This document shows, piece by piece, positions 47,104-57,200 of a stretch of DNA of 64,000 nt. The stretch spans positions 768,001 to 832,000 of the forward strand of contig CAWCFX010000001.1 of assembly GCA_963795085.1 (NCBI GenBank), given 5' to 3'. The position numbers and the translations under genes were made by a program. This stretch comes from an uncultured Gemmatimonadales bacterium. GTDB lineage: Bacteria; Gemmatimonadota; Gemmatimonadetes; Gemmatimonadales; GWC2-71-9. The notes beneath the pieces were generated by a model that was not told the DNA's origin, did not search any database, and saw only the letters and a program-made list of their open reading frames with translations. Numbering within the stretch: position 1 is the stretch's first letter; every line of letters begins with the position of its first letter.

Positions 47104-47261
47104 GGGCGGGCGAACCTGGGCGGGCGAACTGGGCGGACAGTATCTCGACTGATTTTCCGCTCCGCCCTTCATGTCCGCCCTTCATGTCCGCCCATTTTCA
47201 TGTCCGCCCTTCATGTCCGCCCTTCATGTCCGCCCTTCATGTCCGCCCTTCATGTCTGCCC
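47104..47261. repeat. 13-mer array (TCCGCCCTTCATG) x7 with inverted GGGCGG-type arm
   Basis: Right arm 47161-47261 contains the dinB stop; left arm GGGCGGGCGAAC(C)T x2 plus GGGCGGACA at 47104-47139. Confidence 0.9.
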
Positions 47262-48455
47262 TCTGACCCCGCCTGGTTCGGCCTTATCCACCAGCTTGGC
47301 CACCTTCATCGCGTCAAACCCATACTTCTCCCGCACCTTGTCCACGGCGCTGGTGATCTCGCGGGCCCGGGTCCGCTGTTCCGGCTCGAAGAGATCGGCC
47401 GGGCCGGCCACGACGATGTTGGTGGCCGCGACGCCGATCAGGCGGGCGCCCTGGTTCCGGGCCCGCATCTCGGCGTAGGCCGGCCCGAACAGCTCCCGGG
47501 CGGCGGCGTAGATCTCGCCGTCCAGGCTGGTGGGTTGCGCCAGTGTCTTCCGGCGGGTAACGGTGCGGAAATCCCCGTGGCGGAGCTTGAGCTGGACGGT
47601 ACGGGCGGCGAGTCCTTCATCTCTCAACTGGGCCGCGACCCGCGCGGCGAACAGGGTGAGGATCCGGTCCAGCCGGGCCGGGTCGGTGCTGTCGGCGGAG
47701 AGGGTGGTCTCCCGGCTCACCGACTTTGGCAGCTGGCCGGGCGTGAGGACGGTGCCGCCATGGCCGTGGGCCCGGTATTTAAGCGCCTTGGCATCGGAGC
47801 CAACCAGGGCCGTCAGCTGCTCGAGCGACAGCTTCTGGACCTGCCAGACTTCGGCCAGGCCCAGCCGGGCCAGGTGGGCCGCCGTCTTGGGGCCAATCCC
47901 GGGCAGGGCGCCGAGCGGCAGGCCGGCGACGAAGCCGGCTTCCCAGCCGGGTCGAATTTCCATCAGCCCCCGGGGCTTGGCCGCGTCGGATGCCAGCTTG
48001 GCGATCATCCGGTTGGGTCCGATGCCGATGCTGCAATCAAGCCCGGCGGCGGTCCGCACCGCCTGCCGGATCTGCTCGGCCACCGGCAGGAGCGACACCG
48101 GGTAAAGCAACTCGGTTCCGGTGAAGTCGAGATAGGCCTCGTCCAGCGATGCCATCACCACGGTGGGCGAGAAATCCTGGAGCACCGCCCGGACCTCCCG
48201 GGAGGCCTGCCGGTAGTGGGCAAACGTGCCCTGGAAGAACGTGGCCTCCGGGCAGAGCCGCACCGCCTGGGCGATGGGCATCCCGGAACGGACACCGAAC
48301 TTCCGGGCGGCGTAGGACGCCGATTGGACCACGCCGCGCTGTTCCCGCCGTCCTCCCACCACCAGCAGATCCACGGTTCGCAGTTCCGGATGGAACCGGC
48401 GGCAAACCTCCACGAAAAAGGCGTCGAGGTCAACGTGAACGAAGCGGGGGGGCAT
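47250..48455 (-). CDS. dinB: DNA polymerase IV
   Basis: HVDLDAFF, SASYAARKFGVRSGMP, SLDEAYLD, AKLASDAAKP, PGIGPKT. Confidence 0.95.
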   Translation of the reverse strand: MPPRFVHVDLDAFFVEVCRRFHPELRTVDLLVVGGRREQRGVVQSASYAARKFGVRSGMPIAQAVRLCPEATFFQGTFAHYRQASREVRAVLQDFSPTVVMASLDEAYLDFTGTELLYPVSLLPVAEQIRQAVRTAAGLDCSIGIGPNRMIAKLASDAAKPRGLMEIRPGWEAGFVAGLPLGALPGIGPKTAAHLARLGLAEVWQVQKLSLEQLTALVGSDAKALKYRAHGHGGTVLTPGQLPKSVSRETTLSADSTDPARLDRILTLFAARVAAQLRDEGLAARTVQLKLRHGDFRTVTRRKTLAQPTSLDGEIYAAARELFGPAYAEMRARNQGARLIGVAATNIVVAGPADLFEPEQRTRAREITSAVDKVREKYGFDAMKVAKLVDKAEPGGVRGQT

Positions 48456-48676
48456 TGATGAAGCATGGCGGAGGGGGCCAGCCAAGGGGAAGCTCTGTGG
48501 CATTTCCGGCACAGCGCCCTGTGGTTCTGATCCATCACTGAGGCGCGGTTCCTCGGTTGGTAACAACCATTTGAGGAGCCTTGCGCAAAATTCCGGGCTC
48601 GGTATGGTTGCTGCAGGAAAAACGGCCTGAACGCCACCCCTGCCATTAACCAGAACATTTCTAGAGGACGGATCCC

Positions 48677-50104
48677 ATGATGCGTCGTACCTTCGGCATG
48701 GGCGTGTTGCTCATGCTTGCCGCGTGCGCAGGTGAGCCCGAAAGCAATTCCGCGGTGAATCCGGACGGCATGTCGGGATCCCGCCGATACATCGTCGTGC
48801 TGAAGGATGGTCCCGCGGCCGGCCCCGCCATGGCCGGCGCCGTGGCCCGTTCCCAGGGCATCACGCCGGTCCACGTGTACCAGGTGGTCCTGCCCGGCTT
48901 CGTCGCGACCCTCGACCAGGCGGCCGTCTCGGCGCTGCGGAGCGACCCGCGGGTCAGCTACATCGAGGAGGACCGGCCGGTCAGCATCAGCACCACCCAG
49001 ACCCCGACGGTGAACTGGGGCCTGGACCGGATCGACCAGTTGAACCTGCCGCTCAACAACAGCTATACCTACAACCGGACCGGCGCCGGGGTGCACTTCT
49101 ACGGCATCGACACCGGCATCCTGCCGACCCACGTGGACGTGGCCGGGCGGATGGGGAACGGGTTTACCTCGATCATTGACGGCAACGGTACCAACGACTG
49201 TAACGGACACGGCACCCACACGGCCACCACTGCGGCCGGCACGACCTACGGGGTGGCCAAGGCCATGACCATCCACCCGGTGCGGGTGCTGGACTGCGGC
49301 GGTTCCGGCTCCACGGCCGGCGTCATCGCGGGCATTGACTGGGTCACCCAGAACCGGGTGCTCCCGGCAGTGGCCAACATGAGCCTCGGCGGCTCGGTCA
49401 GCCAGGCGGAAAACCAGGCGGTCGCGGCCTCGGTCGCGTCCGGAGTGGTGTACGCCGTGTCTGCCGGCAACAGCAACACGCTGGCCTGTAACCAGTCCCC
49501 CGCCAGCGAGCCGTCGGCCCTGACGACCGCGGCCAGCAACAAGCAGGACAAGAAGGCGAGCTTCTCCAACTACGGGACCTGCGTGGATCTCTACGCGCCG
49601 GGCGTCAACATCACCGCGGGCTACATCGGCAGCAATACCGCCACGGCGGCGCTCTCCGGCACCTCGATGGCGTCGCCGCATGTGGCGGGCGTGGCCGGTC
49701 TCTATCTCGAGGCCAATCCGACCCACACCCCCGCCCAGGTCGCCGCGGCGCTGCTGGCCAATGCCACCGCCAACAAGATCGCCAACCCCGGCGTGGGCAC
49801 GCCGAACAAGCTGCTCTATATGGGCTTCATTACGGGAGGCGGGCCGGGCAACCAGCCGCCGGTGGCGAGCTTCACCTATTCCTGCGTGGCCGCCACCCAC
49901 AGTTGTACCCTCGACGGCTCCGGCTCCACCGACGATGTCGGCGTGGTTTCCTACGTCTGGAAGCGGAGCAACGGGAGCCAGATCGGCAGCGGGGTCTCTA
50001 TCAACGTCGGGTTCCCGCGGGCGGGTACCTTCCCGGTCTCGCTGACCGTGACGGATGCCGGGAACCTGTCGCACACCCAGACCCAGTCGGTCGTAGTGCC
50101 CTGA
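48677..50104 (+). CDS. S8 subtilase (aqualysin/proteinase K-like) lipoprotein with I9 propeptide and one PKD domain
   Basis: [33 protein letters not shown]. Confidence 0.93.
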   Translation: MMRRTFGMGVLLMLAACAGEPESNSAVNPDGMSGSRRYIVVLKDGPAAGPAMAGAVARSQGITPVHVYQVVLPGFVATLDQAAVSALRSDPRVSYIEEDRPVSISTTQTPTVNWGLDRIDQLNLPLNNSYTYNRTGAGVHFYGIDTGILPTHVDVAGRMGNGFTSIIDGNGTNDCNGHGTHTATTAAGTTYGVAKAMTIHPVRVLDCGGSGSTAGVIAGIDWVTQNRVLPAVANMSLGGSVSQAENQAVAASVASGVVYAVSAGNSNTLACNQSPASEPSALTTAASNKQDKKASFSNYGTCVDLYAPGVNITAGYIGSNTATAALSGTSMASPHVAGVAGLYLEANPTHTPAQVAAALLANATANKIANPGVGTPNKLLYMGFITGGGPGNQPPVASFTYSCVAATHSCTLDGSGSTDDVGVVSYVWKRSNGSQIGSGVSINVGFPRAGTFPVSLTVTDAGNLSHTQTQSVVVP

Positions 50105-50126
50105 TCGGCGGGGCTCGGATTACCAG

Positions 50127-50160
50127 GGGCGCCGGGCCAGCCCGGCGCCCTGCTGTTTTT
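50127..50160 (+). terminator. Intrinsic terminator
   Basis: GGGCGCCGGG-CCAG-CCCGGCGCCC then TGCTGTTTTT. Confidence 0.75.
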
Positions 50161-50330
50161 GTTCTATTGAGGACTGCCGAAGTTTGCACTCGCCGGGTCC
50201 ACCGGAAGTGGCGATCATCCTTTGGTAAAATGCTTGCCAAATTGGGACGATCCTGATTGTTTGTAATTCCACCGCGCGCTCTGGCCGGGCCCGCGGCGCT
50301 TCCCTCCCCACCCCCTGTAAGGATGGTTCC

Positions 50331-52025
50331 ATGAAGAGACGACTGCTCGCCAGTTGCTTGTTCGTTCTTGTCGCGGCCTGCGCCGGTGAGAACACCAATC
50401 CCTCCACCTCCTCCGAACCCTCGTTGAACAGCGCCGCTGCCGGCACCCAGCGCTACATCGTGGTGTTCAAGGACGAGGTCGTGGGCGCGCAGGCCACCAC
50501 CGATCAACTGCTTGCCTCGGTCGGTGCCCAGGCCGATTTCGTGTACGGCACGGCCATCAAGGGCTTTGCCGCGCCGCTCAGCGCCCAGGCGGTGGACCAG
50601 CTGCGCAAGGATCCCCGGGTCAGCTATATCACGCCCGACGGCCAGGTCGGCCTCCACATCACCCAGATGCCCACCCCGTCCTGGGGCCTCGACCGGATCG
50701 ACCAGAACAACCTGCCGCTCAACAACAGCTACACCTACTCCAATCAGGGGGCGGGGGTCCACTTCTACGGAATCGACACCGGGATCCTGGGGAGTCACAA
50801 CGACTTCACCGGCCGGATGAGCAACGGCTTTGACGCCATCGGCGGCGGCACCACCGATTGCAACGGGCACGGCACCCACACCGCGAGCACCGCCGCCGGC
50901 ACCACCTACGGCGTCGCCAAGTTGATGACGGTCCACCCGGTCCGGGTCCTCAACTGCTCCGGCTCCGGCACCTTCGCCCAGGTCATCGCCGGGATCGACT
51001 GGGTCACGGCCAACCGGGTCCTGCCGGCGGTGGCCAACATGAGCCTCGGCGGCGGCTTCGATCCCGCCACCAACCAGGCGGTGACCAACTCCATCGCCGC
51101 CGGGGTGTTCTACTCCCTCTCGGCCGGCAACAACTTCGGCAACGCCTGTAACAACTCGCCGGCCAGCACCCCGACCGCCACCACGGTGGCCTCCAGCGAG
51201 ATCAACGACGCCAAGTCGAGCTTCTCCGACACCGGCAGCTGCGTGGACATCTTCGCGCCGGGCGGCAACATCACCGCCGCCTGGATCGGCAGCAACACCG
51301 CCACCAACACGATCAGCGGCACCTCCATGGCGGCCCCCCACGTGGCCGGCGCCGCGGGCCTCTACCTGGCCGCGAACCCGGGCAGCACCCCGGCGGCCAT
51401 CAACACCGCCCTGGTCAACAACGCCACCAACAACAAGATCACCGGCTCGCTCCTGGCTGGCACCCCGAACAAGCTGCTCTACATGGGCTTCATCGGCGGC
51501 GGCGGCCCGCCCAACAATCCCCCGGTGGCCAACTTCAACTACAGCTGCACCCCGGGGCTGCTCTGCACCTTCGACGGTACCAGCTCCACCGACGACGTGG
51601 GCGTCGTCAGCTACTCGTGGACGCTCTCCGGCGGGAGCCAGGTCGCCAGCACCGCGACCTTCCAGCGCCAGTTCCCGAGCACCCGGACCTTCGACCTGAC
51701 CCTGACCGTGACCGACGGCGGCGGGCTCAGCAACAGCATCACCAAGACGGTGGACGTGCAGGCCTCGCCCGGCAACCAGGCGCCGACCGCGAGCTTCACG
51801 TACTCCTGCAACGCCAGCCACAGCTGCTCCTTCGACGCCAGCGGTTCCAGCGATGACGTCGGGATCGTGTCCTACAGCTGGCAGCGCGTGAACGGCACCG
51901 TGCTGGGCACCGGGGTGAACTTCAATTACGGCTTCCCCGCCGCCGGCAGCTTCAAGATCGTGCTGGTCGTGACCGACGGCCCCGGCCTCACCGGGAGCCA
52001 GACCCAGACGATCGCCGTTCCGTAA
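50331..52025 (+). CDS. S8 subtilase lipoprotein with I9 propeptide and two PKD domains
   Basis: [33 protein letters not shown]. Confidence 0.93.
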   Translation: MKRRLLASCLFVLVAACAGENTNPSTSSEPSLNSAAAGTQRYIVVFKDEVVGAQATTDQLLASVGAQADFVYGTAIKGFAAPLSAQAVDQLRKDPRVSYITPDGQVGLHITQMPTPSWGLDRIDQNNLPLNNSYTYSNQGAGVHFYGIDTGILGSHNDFTGRMSNGFDAIGGGTTDCNGHGTHTASTAAGTTYGVAKLMTVHPVRVLNCSGSGTFAQVIAGIDWVTANRVLPAVANMSLGGGFDPATNQAVTNSIAAGVFYSLSAGNNFGNACNNSPASTPTATTVASSEINDAKSSFSDTGSCVDIFAPGGNITAAWIGSNTATNTISGTSMAAPHVAGAAGLYLAANPGSTPAAINTALVNNATNNKITGSLLAGTPNKLLYMGFIGGGGPPNNPPVANFNYSCTPGLLCTFDGTSSTDDVGVVSYSWTLSGGSQVASTATFQRQFPSTRTFDLTLTVTDGGGLSNSITKTVDVQASPGNQAPTASFTYSCNASHSCSFDASGSSDDVGIVSYSWQRVNGTVLGTGVNFNYGFPAAGSFKIVLVVTDGPGLTGSQTQTIAVP

Positions 52026-52049
52026 GGACCGCTGGTCGTGCAAGTAGCG

Positions 52050-52086
52050 GGGGCGGGTCTTCGGACCCGCCCCTGTTATTTTCTTT
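52050..52086 (+). terminator. Intrinsic terminator with cUUCGg loop
   Basis: GGGGCGGGTC-TTCG-GACCCGCCCC then TGTTATTTTCTTT. Confidence 0.85.
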
Positions 52087-52089
52087 CCT

Positions 52090-52989
52090 ATGAAAATCTC
52101 CTTCCTCGGCCTCGGCGCCATCGGCACCCCCATGGCGGCCCGCCTGGCGGCGGCCCATGACCTCACGGTGTGGAACCGGACCCTGGAACGGGCCCGCCGG
52201 TTCGCGGAGTCCCATCCGGCGGCGGTCGCCGCCTCGCCGCGGCACGCGGCTCTCGGGGCCGAGGTGGTCATCACCTGCCTGCCCACCTCCCGCGAGGTGG
52301 CGGGACTGCTCGACGGCGATGACGGCCTCCTGGCCGGCCTGGGCGCCGGCACCCTGTTCCTCGACTGCACCTCCGGCGATCCGTCCGGGTCCCGCCAGAT
52401 CGCCGGCCGGCTGGCGGAACTCGGCGTCGCCTTTGCCGATGCCCCGGTGAGCGGGGGCACCGATGGCGCCGCCGCCGGCCAGCTCACCGTGATGGTGGGC
52501 GGCGATGCCGCGACCTACCAGCGCGCCCGGCCGGTGCTCGAGGCCTTCGCCGGGCGGATCGAGCACATGGGACCGGTGGGCACCGGTCACGCCATGAAGG
52601 CGGTCAACAATGCGCTGCTGGCCGTGAACATCCAGGCGGTGGGGGAGGGCATGGTGGCGCTGGCGAAGGCGGGGGTCAACGTGGACCGCGCCTTTGCCGT
52701 GCTGAACGCCTCGAGCGGGCGTTCGTTCGTCAGCGAGAAACTGGTCCCCGAGCGGGTGCTCACCGGCCAGTGGCCGCGGACGTTCCGGTTGGCGCTCCTG
52801 GAAAAGGACGTCGCCATCGCCGGCAGCCTGTTGCGGGAGATGGCGGTGCCGGCGCCCCTGCTGGACCGGGTTCGCGAGCTGTTTACCCAGGCCCGAACGG
52901 AACTGGGCGAGGACGCGGACTACCTGGAGGCGATCAGGCTGACCGAGGCCGCGGCCGGGATAGCGCTGCGCTCAACCCCGGGCCGATAG
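52090..52989 (+). CDS. Beta-hydroxyacid dehydrogenase (3-hydroxyisobutyrate dehydrogenase family)
   Basis: [33 protein letters not shown]. Confidence 0.9.
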   Translation: MKISFLGLGAIGTPMAARLAAAHDLTVWNRTLERARRFAESHPAAVAASPRHAALGAEVVITCLPTSREVAGLLDGDDGLLAGLGAGTLFLDCTSGDPSGSRQIAGRLAELGVAFADAPVSGGTDGAAAGQLTVMVGGDAATYQRARPVLEAFAGRIEHMGPVGTGHAMKAVNNALLAVNIQAVGEGMVALAKAGVNVDRAFAVLNASSGRSFVSEKLVPERVLTGQWPRTFRLALLEKDVAIAGSLLREMAVPAPLLDRVRELFTQARTELGEDADYLEAIRLTEAAAGIALRSTPGR

Positions 52990-53048
52990 CGGCCGATACT
53001 AGGGCAGGCCGATCCCTGCTCGTCCACTCTTCATATGCGGATCCTGAC

Positions 53049-53510
53049 ATGGCCGATTGGGCTTCGACCGAGCGAATCAAGGCAGAAATTCTCCTGGCCG
53101 AGGGTCGTACCCTGGCCGGGGAGTTGCACCTGCAGGCGCGGGTGGCGCAACATGACGGGCCGGAGACGCCGCTGGAAATGCTCAACCGGCCGGACGCCTT
53201 CTTTCCGGTCACCCTGGACGACGGCCGCATCGGGTTCATCGCCAAGTCGCAGGTCTCGGCGATCCGGAGCGCCAGCGCGATGACGCCCGCCGATCCGGAG
53301 CGGGTAAGCGCGGCCAAGACGATCGGCCTGGAAGTGGTCATGGCGGGCGGCGCCGAGTACCGCGGCTGGGCCGCCCTCGAACTGCCGCCGACCCGGGCGC
53401 GCACGCTGGACTACCTGAATGCATCGGGGCTGTTCTTCATGCTGGAGAGCGAGGACGCCGCCTGGTTCATCCACCGCGAATACGTGCGCATGGTGCGGCC
53501 CCTCGACTGA
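53049..53510 (+). CDS. Hypothetical protein with two similar halves (DUF6812-like)
   Basis: ..LAGELHL..LEMLNRPDAFFPV..FIAKSQV and ..YRGWAAL..LDYLNASGLFFML..FIHREYV. Confidence 0.65.
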   Translation: MADWASTERIKAEILLAEGRTLAGELHLQARVAQHDGPETPLEMLNRPDAFFPVTLDDGRIGFIAKSQVSAIRSASAMTPADPERVSAAKTIGLEVVMAGGAEYRGWAALELPPTRARTLDYLNASGLFFMLESEDAAWFIHREYVRMVRPLD

Positions 53511-53584
53511 GGCTCCGCCCGGCGCCCGTTGCCAACGACACTTGCCCGGGATCCCGGGTTCACGATTTAGCTGACAGGAGCAGG

Positions 53585-55078
53585 ATGGCGCGACTGGACA
53601 AGTTCATCCAGGTCATGCGGGACCAGAAGGCCGAATCGCTGCGGCTGGCCGCCGGCCAGCCGGCGGCACTGGTGATCGGCGGGATGCCAAAGCCGATCAC
53701 CCGGGACAACCTCGCCGCCCCCCAGATCCTGGCCCTGGTGCGGGAGCTTGCTCCGGCCGGGGTGCCGGGTTCCGACGGGGATGCCCAGGCCTTCCGCTAC
53801 GGGGAGGGAGCGGAGGCCGTTGATGTCCTGGTGCGCACCACGCCCGAAGGACTGGTGGCCGAGCTGCGGCCTGGACCGGCCGCCGGGAATGGAACGGCCG
53901 CTGCTCCTGCGGCGTCTCCGGCCGGGGCGCCCACCGCGGGCCCAGGGAGAGTGACCCTGCGGAGCGCCGTGGCCGCGGACGACCCCGCGGCCCGCACCGA
54001 AGTGGACCGGCTGCTCCGCATTCTCTCCGATTCCGGCGCCTCCGACCTGCATCTCCGCACCGGCGAGCCGCCCATCGTTCGCCGGGACGGCGAGCTGGTG
54101 CGGCTGGAGGAGCCGCCCGTCACGGCCGATGCTCTGCAGGCCATGCTGGCCAGCATCATGCCGCTCAAGGACTACGACGAGTTCCGGGAGAACGGCGACG
54201 CGGATTTCGCCTATGAGATTTCCGGCCTGGCTCGCTTCCGCGGCAACGCCGCCCTCGATCACAAGGGTCCCATGGCGGTGTTCCGGGTCATCCCCAGCGC
54301 GATTCTCAGCGCCGACCAGCTGGGGTTGAGCCGGGAGGTCCAGGCCCTCTGCAACCTGAACAAGGGGCTGGTGCTGGTGACCGGGCCCACCGGCTCGGGC
54401 AAGTCCACCACCCTCGCCGCGCTGGTGGACCGGGTGAACCGCACCCGGAGCAATCACCTCATCACCATCGAGGATCCCATCGAGTTCGTCCACGAAAGCA
54501 AGAAATGCCTGGTCACCCAGCGCCAGGTGAGCGTGCACACGAAGAGCTTCCGGCAGGCGCTGCGGGCCGCCCTCCGGGAAGACCCCGATATCATCCTGGT
54601 GGGCGAGATGCGCGACCTGGAGACCGTCTCCATCGCCATCGAGACCGCGGAGACCGGCCACCTGGTGTTCGGCACCCTGCACACCACCACGGCGGCCTCG
54701 ACGATCGACCGGATCATCGACCAGTTCCCGGTGGACCGGCAATCCCAGGTCCGGGTGATGCTGTCGGAGTCGCTCCGGGGTGTGGTCTCCCAGGTGCTCT
54801 GCCGCAAGACGGGCGGCGGACGGGTGGCGGCGCGGGAGGTCCTGCTCAGCATTCCGGCCGTCTCCAACCTCATCCGCGAAGGGAAGACCTTCCAGATCCC
54901 GTCCATCATGCAGACCAACCGGAAGACCGGCATGGTGACCCTGAACGATGCGCTGCTGGAGCTGGTGGACCAGGGCCTGGTGGAGCCCCAGGAAGCCTAT
55001 CTCAAGTCGGTCGAGAAGACCGCCCTGCTCGCCTCCCTCAAGGCGAAGCGGCACGACGTCACCTTCCTGGATGCCTAG
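53585..55078 (+). CDS. pilT: Type IV pilus retraction ATPase with extra N-terminal domain
   Basis: ASDLHL, GPTGSGKST, TIEDPIE, LREDPDIILVGEMRD, GHLVFGTLH, VSNLIRE. Confidence 0.92.
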   Translation: MARLDKFIQVMRDQKAESLRLAAGQPAALVIGGMPKPITRDNLAAPQILALVRELAPAGVPGSDGDAQAFRYGEGAEAVDVLVRTTPEGLVAELRPGPAAGNGTAAAPAASPAGAPTAGPGRVTLRSAVAADDPAARTEVDRLLRILSDSGASDLHLRTGEPPIVRRDGELVRLEEPPVTADALQAMLASIMPLKDYDEFRENGDADFAYEISGLARFRGNAALDHKGPMAVFRVIPSAILSADQLGLSREVQALCNLNKGLVLVTGPTGSGKSTTLAALVDRVNRTRSNHLITIEDPIEFVHESKKCLVTQRQVSVHTKSFRQALRAALREDPDIILVGEMRDLETVSIAIETAETGHLVFGTLHTTTAASTIDRIIDQFPVDRQSQVRVMLSESLRGVVSQVLCRKTGGGRVAAREVLLSIPAVSNLIREGKTFQIPSIMQTNRKTGMVTLNDALLELVDQGLVEPQEAYLKSVEKTALLASLKAKRHDVTFLDA

Positions 55079-55106
55079 GCCCGCCTCCCGCGATTAAGCT
55101 TCCCCC

Positions 55107-55883
55107 ATGGATAGCCCTACCCTCGTCCTGGTCGCCCCCCAGGACATCGTCAACATCGCCAGCGCCGTCCGGATCTGCCGCAACTTCGGCATCACCGATC
55201 TCCGCCTGGTGACCCCGGCGGTGTTCGATCCCTGGCGGATCGAAGGCATCGCCCACAACACCGCGGCGCTGGTGGAGACCATCCGGATCTTCGATTCCCT
55301 CGACGCGGCGGTGGCGGACTGCGGCCTGGTCGTCGGCCTGACCGCGCGAGGCCGGACCGCCAAGCGGCACCTGCTCCGGCCCCGGGCCGCGGCCCGGGAG
55401 ATCGTGACCGCGCTGGGGGACGCCCCGGCCGCCATGGTCGCGGGACGGGAGGACAAGGGGCTCAGCAACGCCGAACTGGACCGTTGCCACCTGCTGGTGA
55501 CCATTCCCACCTCGCCCGACTATCCCTCCCTCAACCTGGCCCAGGCCGTCGCGGTGATGAGCTACGAGACCTGGCTGGCGCGGGGCGGGGAAGACCAGCC
55601 GGTCAAACCGCACCGCAAGCAGGCCGACCCCGCCCTGGCGGGCCAGATGGAAATGCTCTTCCAGGACTGGGAACGGTCGCTCTGGATCATCGAGTTCTTC
55701 AAGACCCGGCAGCCCGAGTCGGTGCTGCGCTCGCTCCGGGAAATTCTCTACCGGGCCCGGATGGACGGGCGGGAGGCGGCGCTGGTGCGGGCCATGGGGA
55801 TTGAAATCAGGAGGTTTACCGAGAGGAAAGGACTAACTGCAGAACTACAAAGCACGAAAGACGACAAAACAGACGTCAGTTGA
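55107..55883 (+). CDS. trmJ: TrmJ/LasT-family SPOUT RNA methyltransferase
   Basis: NIASAVRICRNFG, GREDKGLSN, IPT..YPSLNLAQAV. Confidence 0.85.
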   Translation: MDSPTLVLVAPQDIVNIASAVRICRNFGITDLRLVTPAVFDPWRIEGIAHNTAALVETIRIFDSLDAAVADCGLVVGLTARGRTAKRHLLRPRAAAREIVTALGDAPAAMVAGREDKGLSNAELDRCHLLVTIPTSPDYPSLNLAQAVAVMSYETWLARGGEDQPVKPHRKQADPALAGQMEMLFQDWERSLWIIEFFKTRQPESVLRSLREILYRARMDGREAALVRAMGIEIRRFTERKGLTAELQSTKDDKTDVS

Positions 55884-56470
55884 CCACCCTGCGGATGGCG
55901 AGCAGGGTGGCTTGAAAGTTCAGCAGTAAGCCGACCCGGAGATTGCTGGCCTTGAGATAGGAGCGCAGTTGCCTTTCATGCAGGTCGGTCAGGGTCTTGA
56001 CCGCCTTCAGCTCGACGATGATCTCTTCCTCGATAACCAGGTCCAGGCGGTGAAGGCCGACGTCGATTCCCTCGTAGAGCACGGTAATTTCTTTCTGGGA
56101 TTCAAAGGCGATCTGCCGCTTCGCCAGTTCCACGCTCATCGCCTTCTGATAAATCGACTCGATGAACCCAGGCCCCAGTGCCCGGTGCACGGCGATGGCG
56201 GCCCCGATCACCTTCCCCGAGGAAGGCTCGAACTCCAGCTCGGTTTCCGCAGCCCGGGATACCGGCAGGTCTTCGCCCGTGATGCCCAGCCCATCCGCCA
56301 TGTCGCTCCATCCTTTCACCATTGATAGCAGGGCATCGCCATAGCCCCGTCATCCCTTTTCACGCTGTCTGGGGCAGGAAATCGCAAGGCTTTCTAGTGA
56401 GATATGTGCTGAGGTCCACATGCGCCATTCGCCGGTTCTTCGATCTTTTGTATTTTGTCGTTCGGCGGTT
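55835..56470. mobile_element. Candidate GxxExxY cassette bounded by imperfect inverted repeats
   Basis: Left AACTGCAGAACTACAAAGCACGAAAGA vs reverse complement of right AACCGCCGAACGACAAAATACAAAAGA: 21/27 identical; visibly AT-richer than neighbours. Mobility is inferred. Confidence 0.5.
55876..56301 (-). CDS. GxxExxY protein (PD-(D/E)XK_3 nuclease-like)
   Basis: AAIAVHRALGPGFIESIY, RLDLVIEEEIIVELKAV, QLRSYLK, GLLLNF. Confidence 0.93.
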   Translation of the reverse strand: MADGLGITGEDLPVSRAAETELEFEPSSGKVIGAAIAVHRALGPGFIESIYQKAMSVELAKRQIAFESQKEITVLYEGIDVGLHRLDLVIEEEIIVELKAVKTLTDLHERQLRSYLKASNLRVGLLLNFQATLLAIRRVVN

Positions 56471-56580
56471 GTTGACACCTGACGCCTCCCGCCCTCTTTA
56501 CCCTTCCCTAACTCCCACCCCCATATTAACTTCCGCGCCGCACACCGGACCCTTTCCCGGCCCCCTGGGCCGAGGTCGGC

Positions 56581-57072
56581 TTGGCGCGATCCACCGCATA
56601 CTGGGCCGCGAATTTCTACCGCGACCCTGACGAACCACCCCGGCCCCAGGCCCCCCTTCGGGACCTGCCGCCCATCGCGGCCGCGCGGTTCCGGATGCTG
56701 CGCGACACGCTCCGGTCCATCGAAGGCGTCCACGAGAAGGTCCGCTTCATTCGGCCCAACTGGAAATGGGCCTGGGAGTACTCGGTGCCGGCCCGCAAGC
56801 TCTGCTGGCTCCACGCCATGGAGACCGGTGTGGCGGGGACCTTTGCCATCACCGACGACGATACCCGGCACCTGGTGGCCGCCCGCCCTGCCGCCGTCAT
56901 CCTCCGCGCGGTCCGGGATGGCGTCCGCACCGGGCCGGTCACCTGGTGCTCGCTCGAGTTCACCGACCGCCGCTCGGTGGATGCCTTCCTGGGGTTCATG
57001 AAAAAGAAAGCGGCCTGGGTCGCCGCGTTTCCGCCGGAAAGCCGGGTGTTCCGGGGCCGGTCCGCCGGGTAG
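56581..57072 (+). CDS. Hypothetical protein (DUF3788-like)
   Basis: GC3-biased ORF filling the gap; NWKWAWEY..RKLCWL. Family call is tentative. Confidence 0.6.
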   Translation: MARSTAYWAANFYRDPDEPPRPQAPLRDLPPIAAARFRMLRDTLRSIEGVHEKVRFIRPNWKWAWEYSVPARKLCWLHAMETGVAGTFAITDDDTRHLVAARPAAVILRAVRDGVRTGPVTWCSLEFTDRRSVDAFLGFMKKKAAWVAAFPPESRVFRGRSAG

Positions 57073-57111
57073 AATTCGCGGGAAATCCGCCCCGAGTGCG
57101 GGCTTGCTTTA

Positions 57112-57129
57112 TCGTGAATGATTTCACAA
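57112..57129. promoter_or_regulatory. Rex-like operator upstream of actA
   Basis: TCGTGAATGATTTCACAA matches TTGTGAA-N4-TTCACAA at 13/14; overlaps candidate TTGCTT-17-CAAACT promoter. Confidence 0.65.
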
Positions 57130-57200
57130 ACTTCTCCGGCCCCGAGTGCAGCCGCGCACGTCGAGGCACCTTTTTATCTCACGCCGGGTGAACAGCGCGT

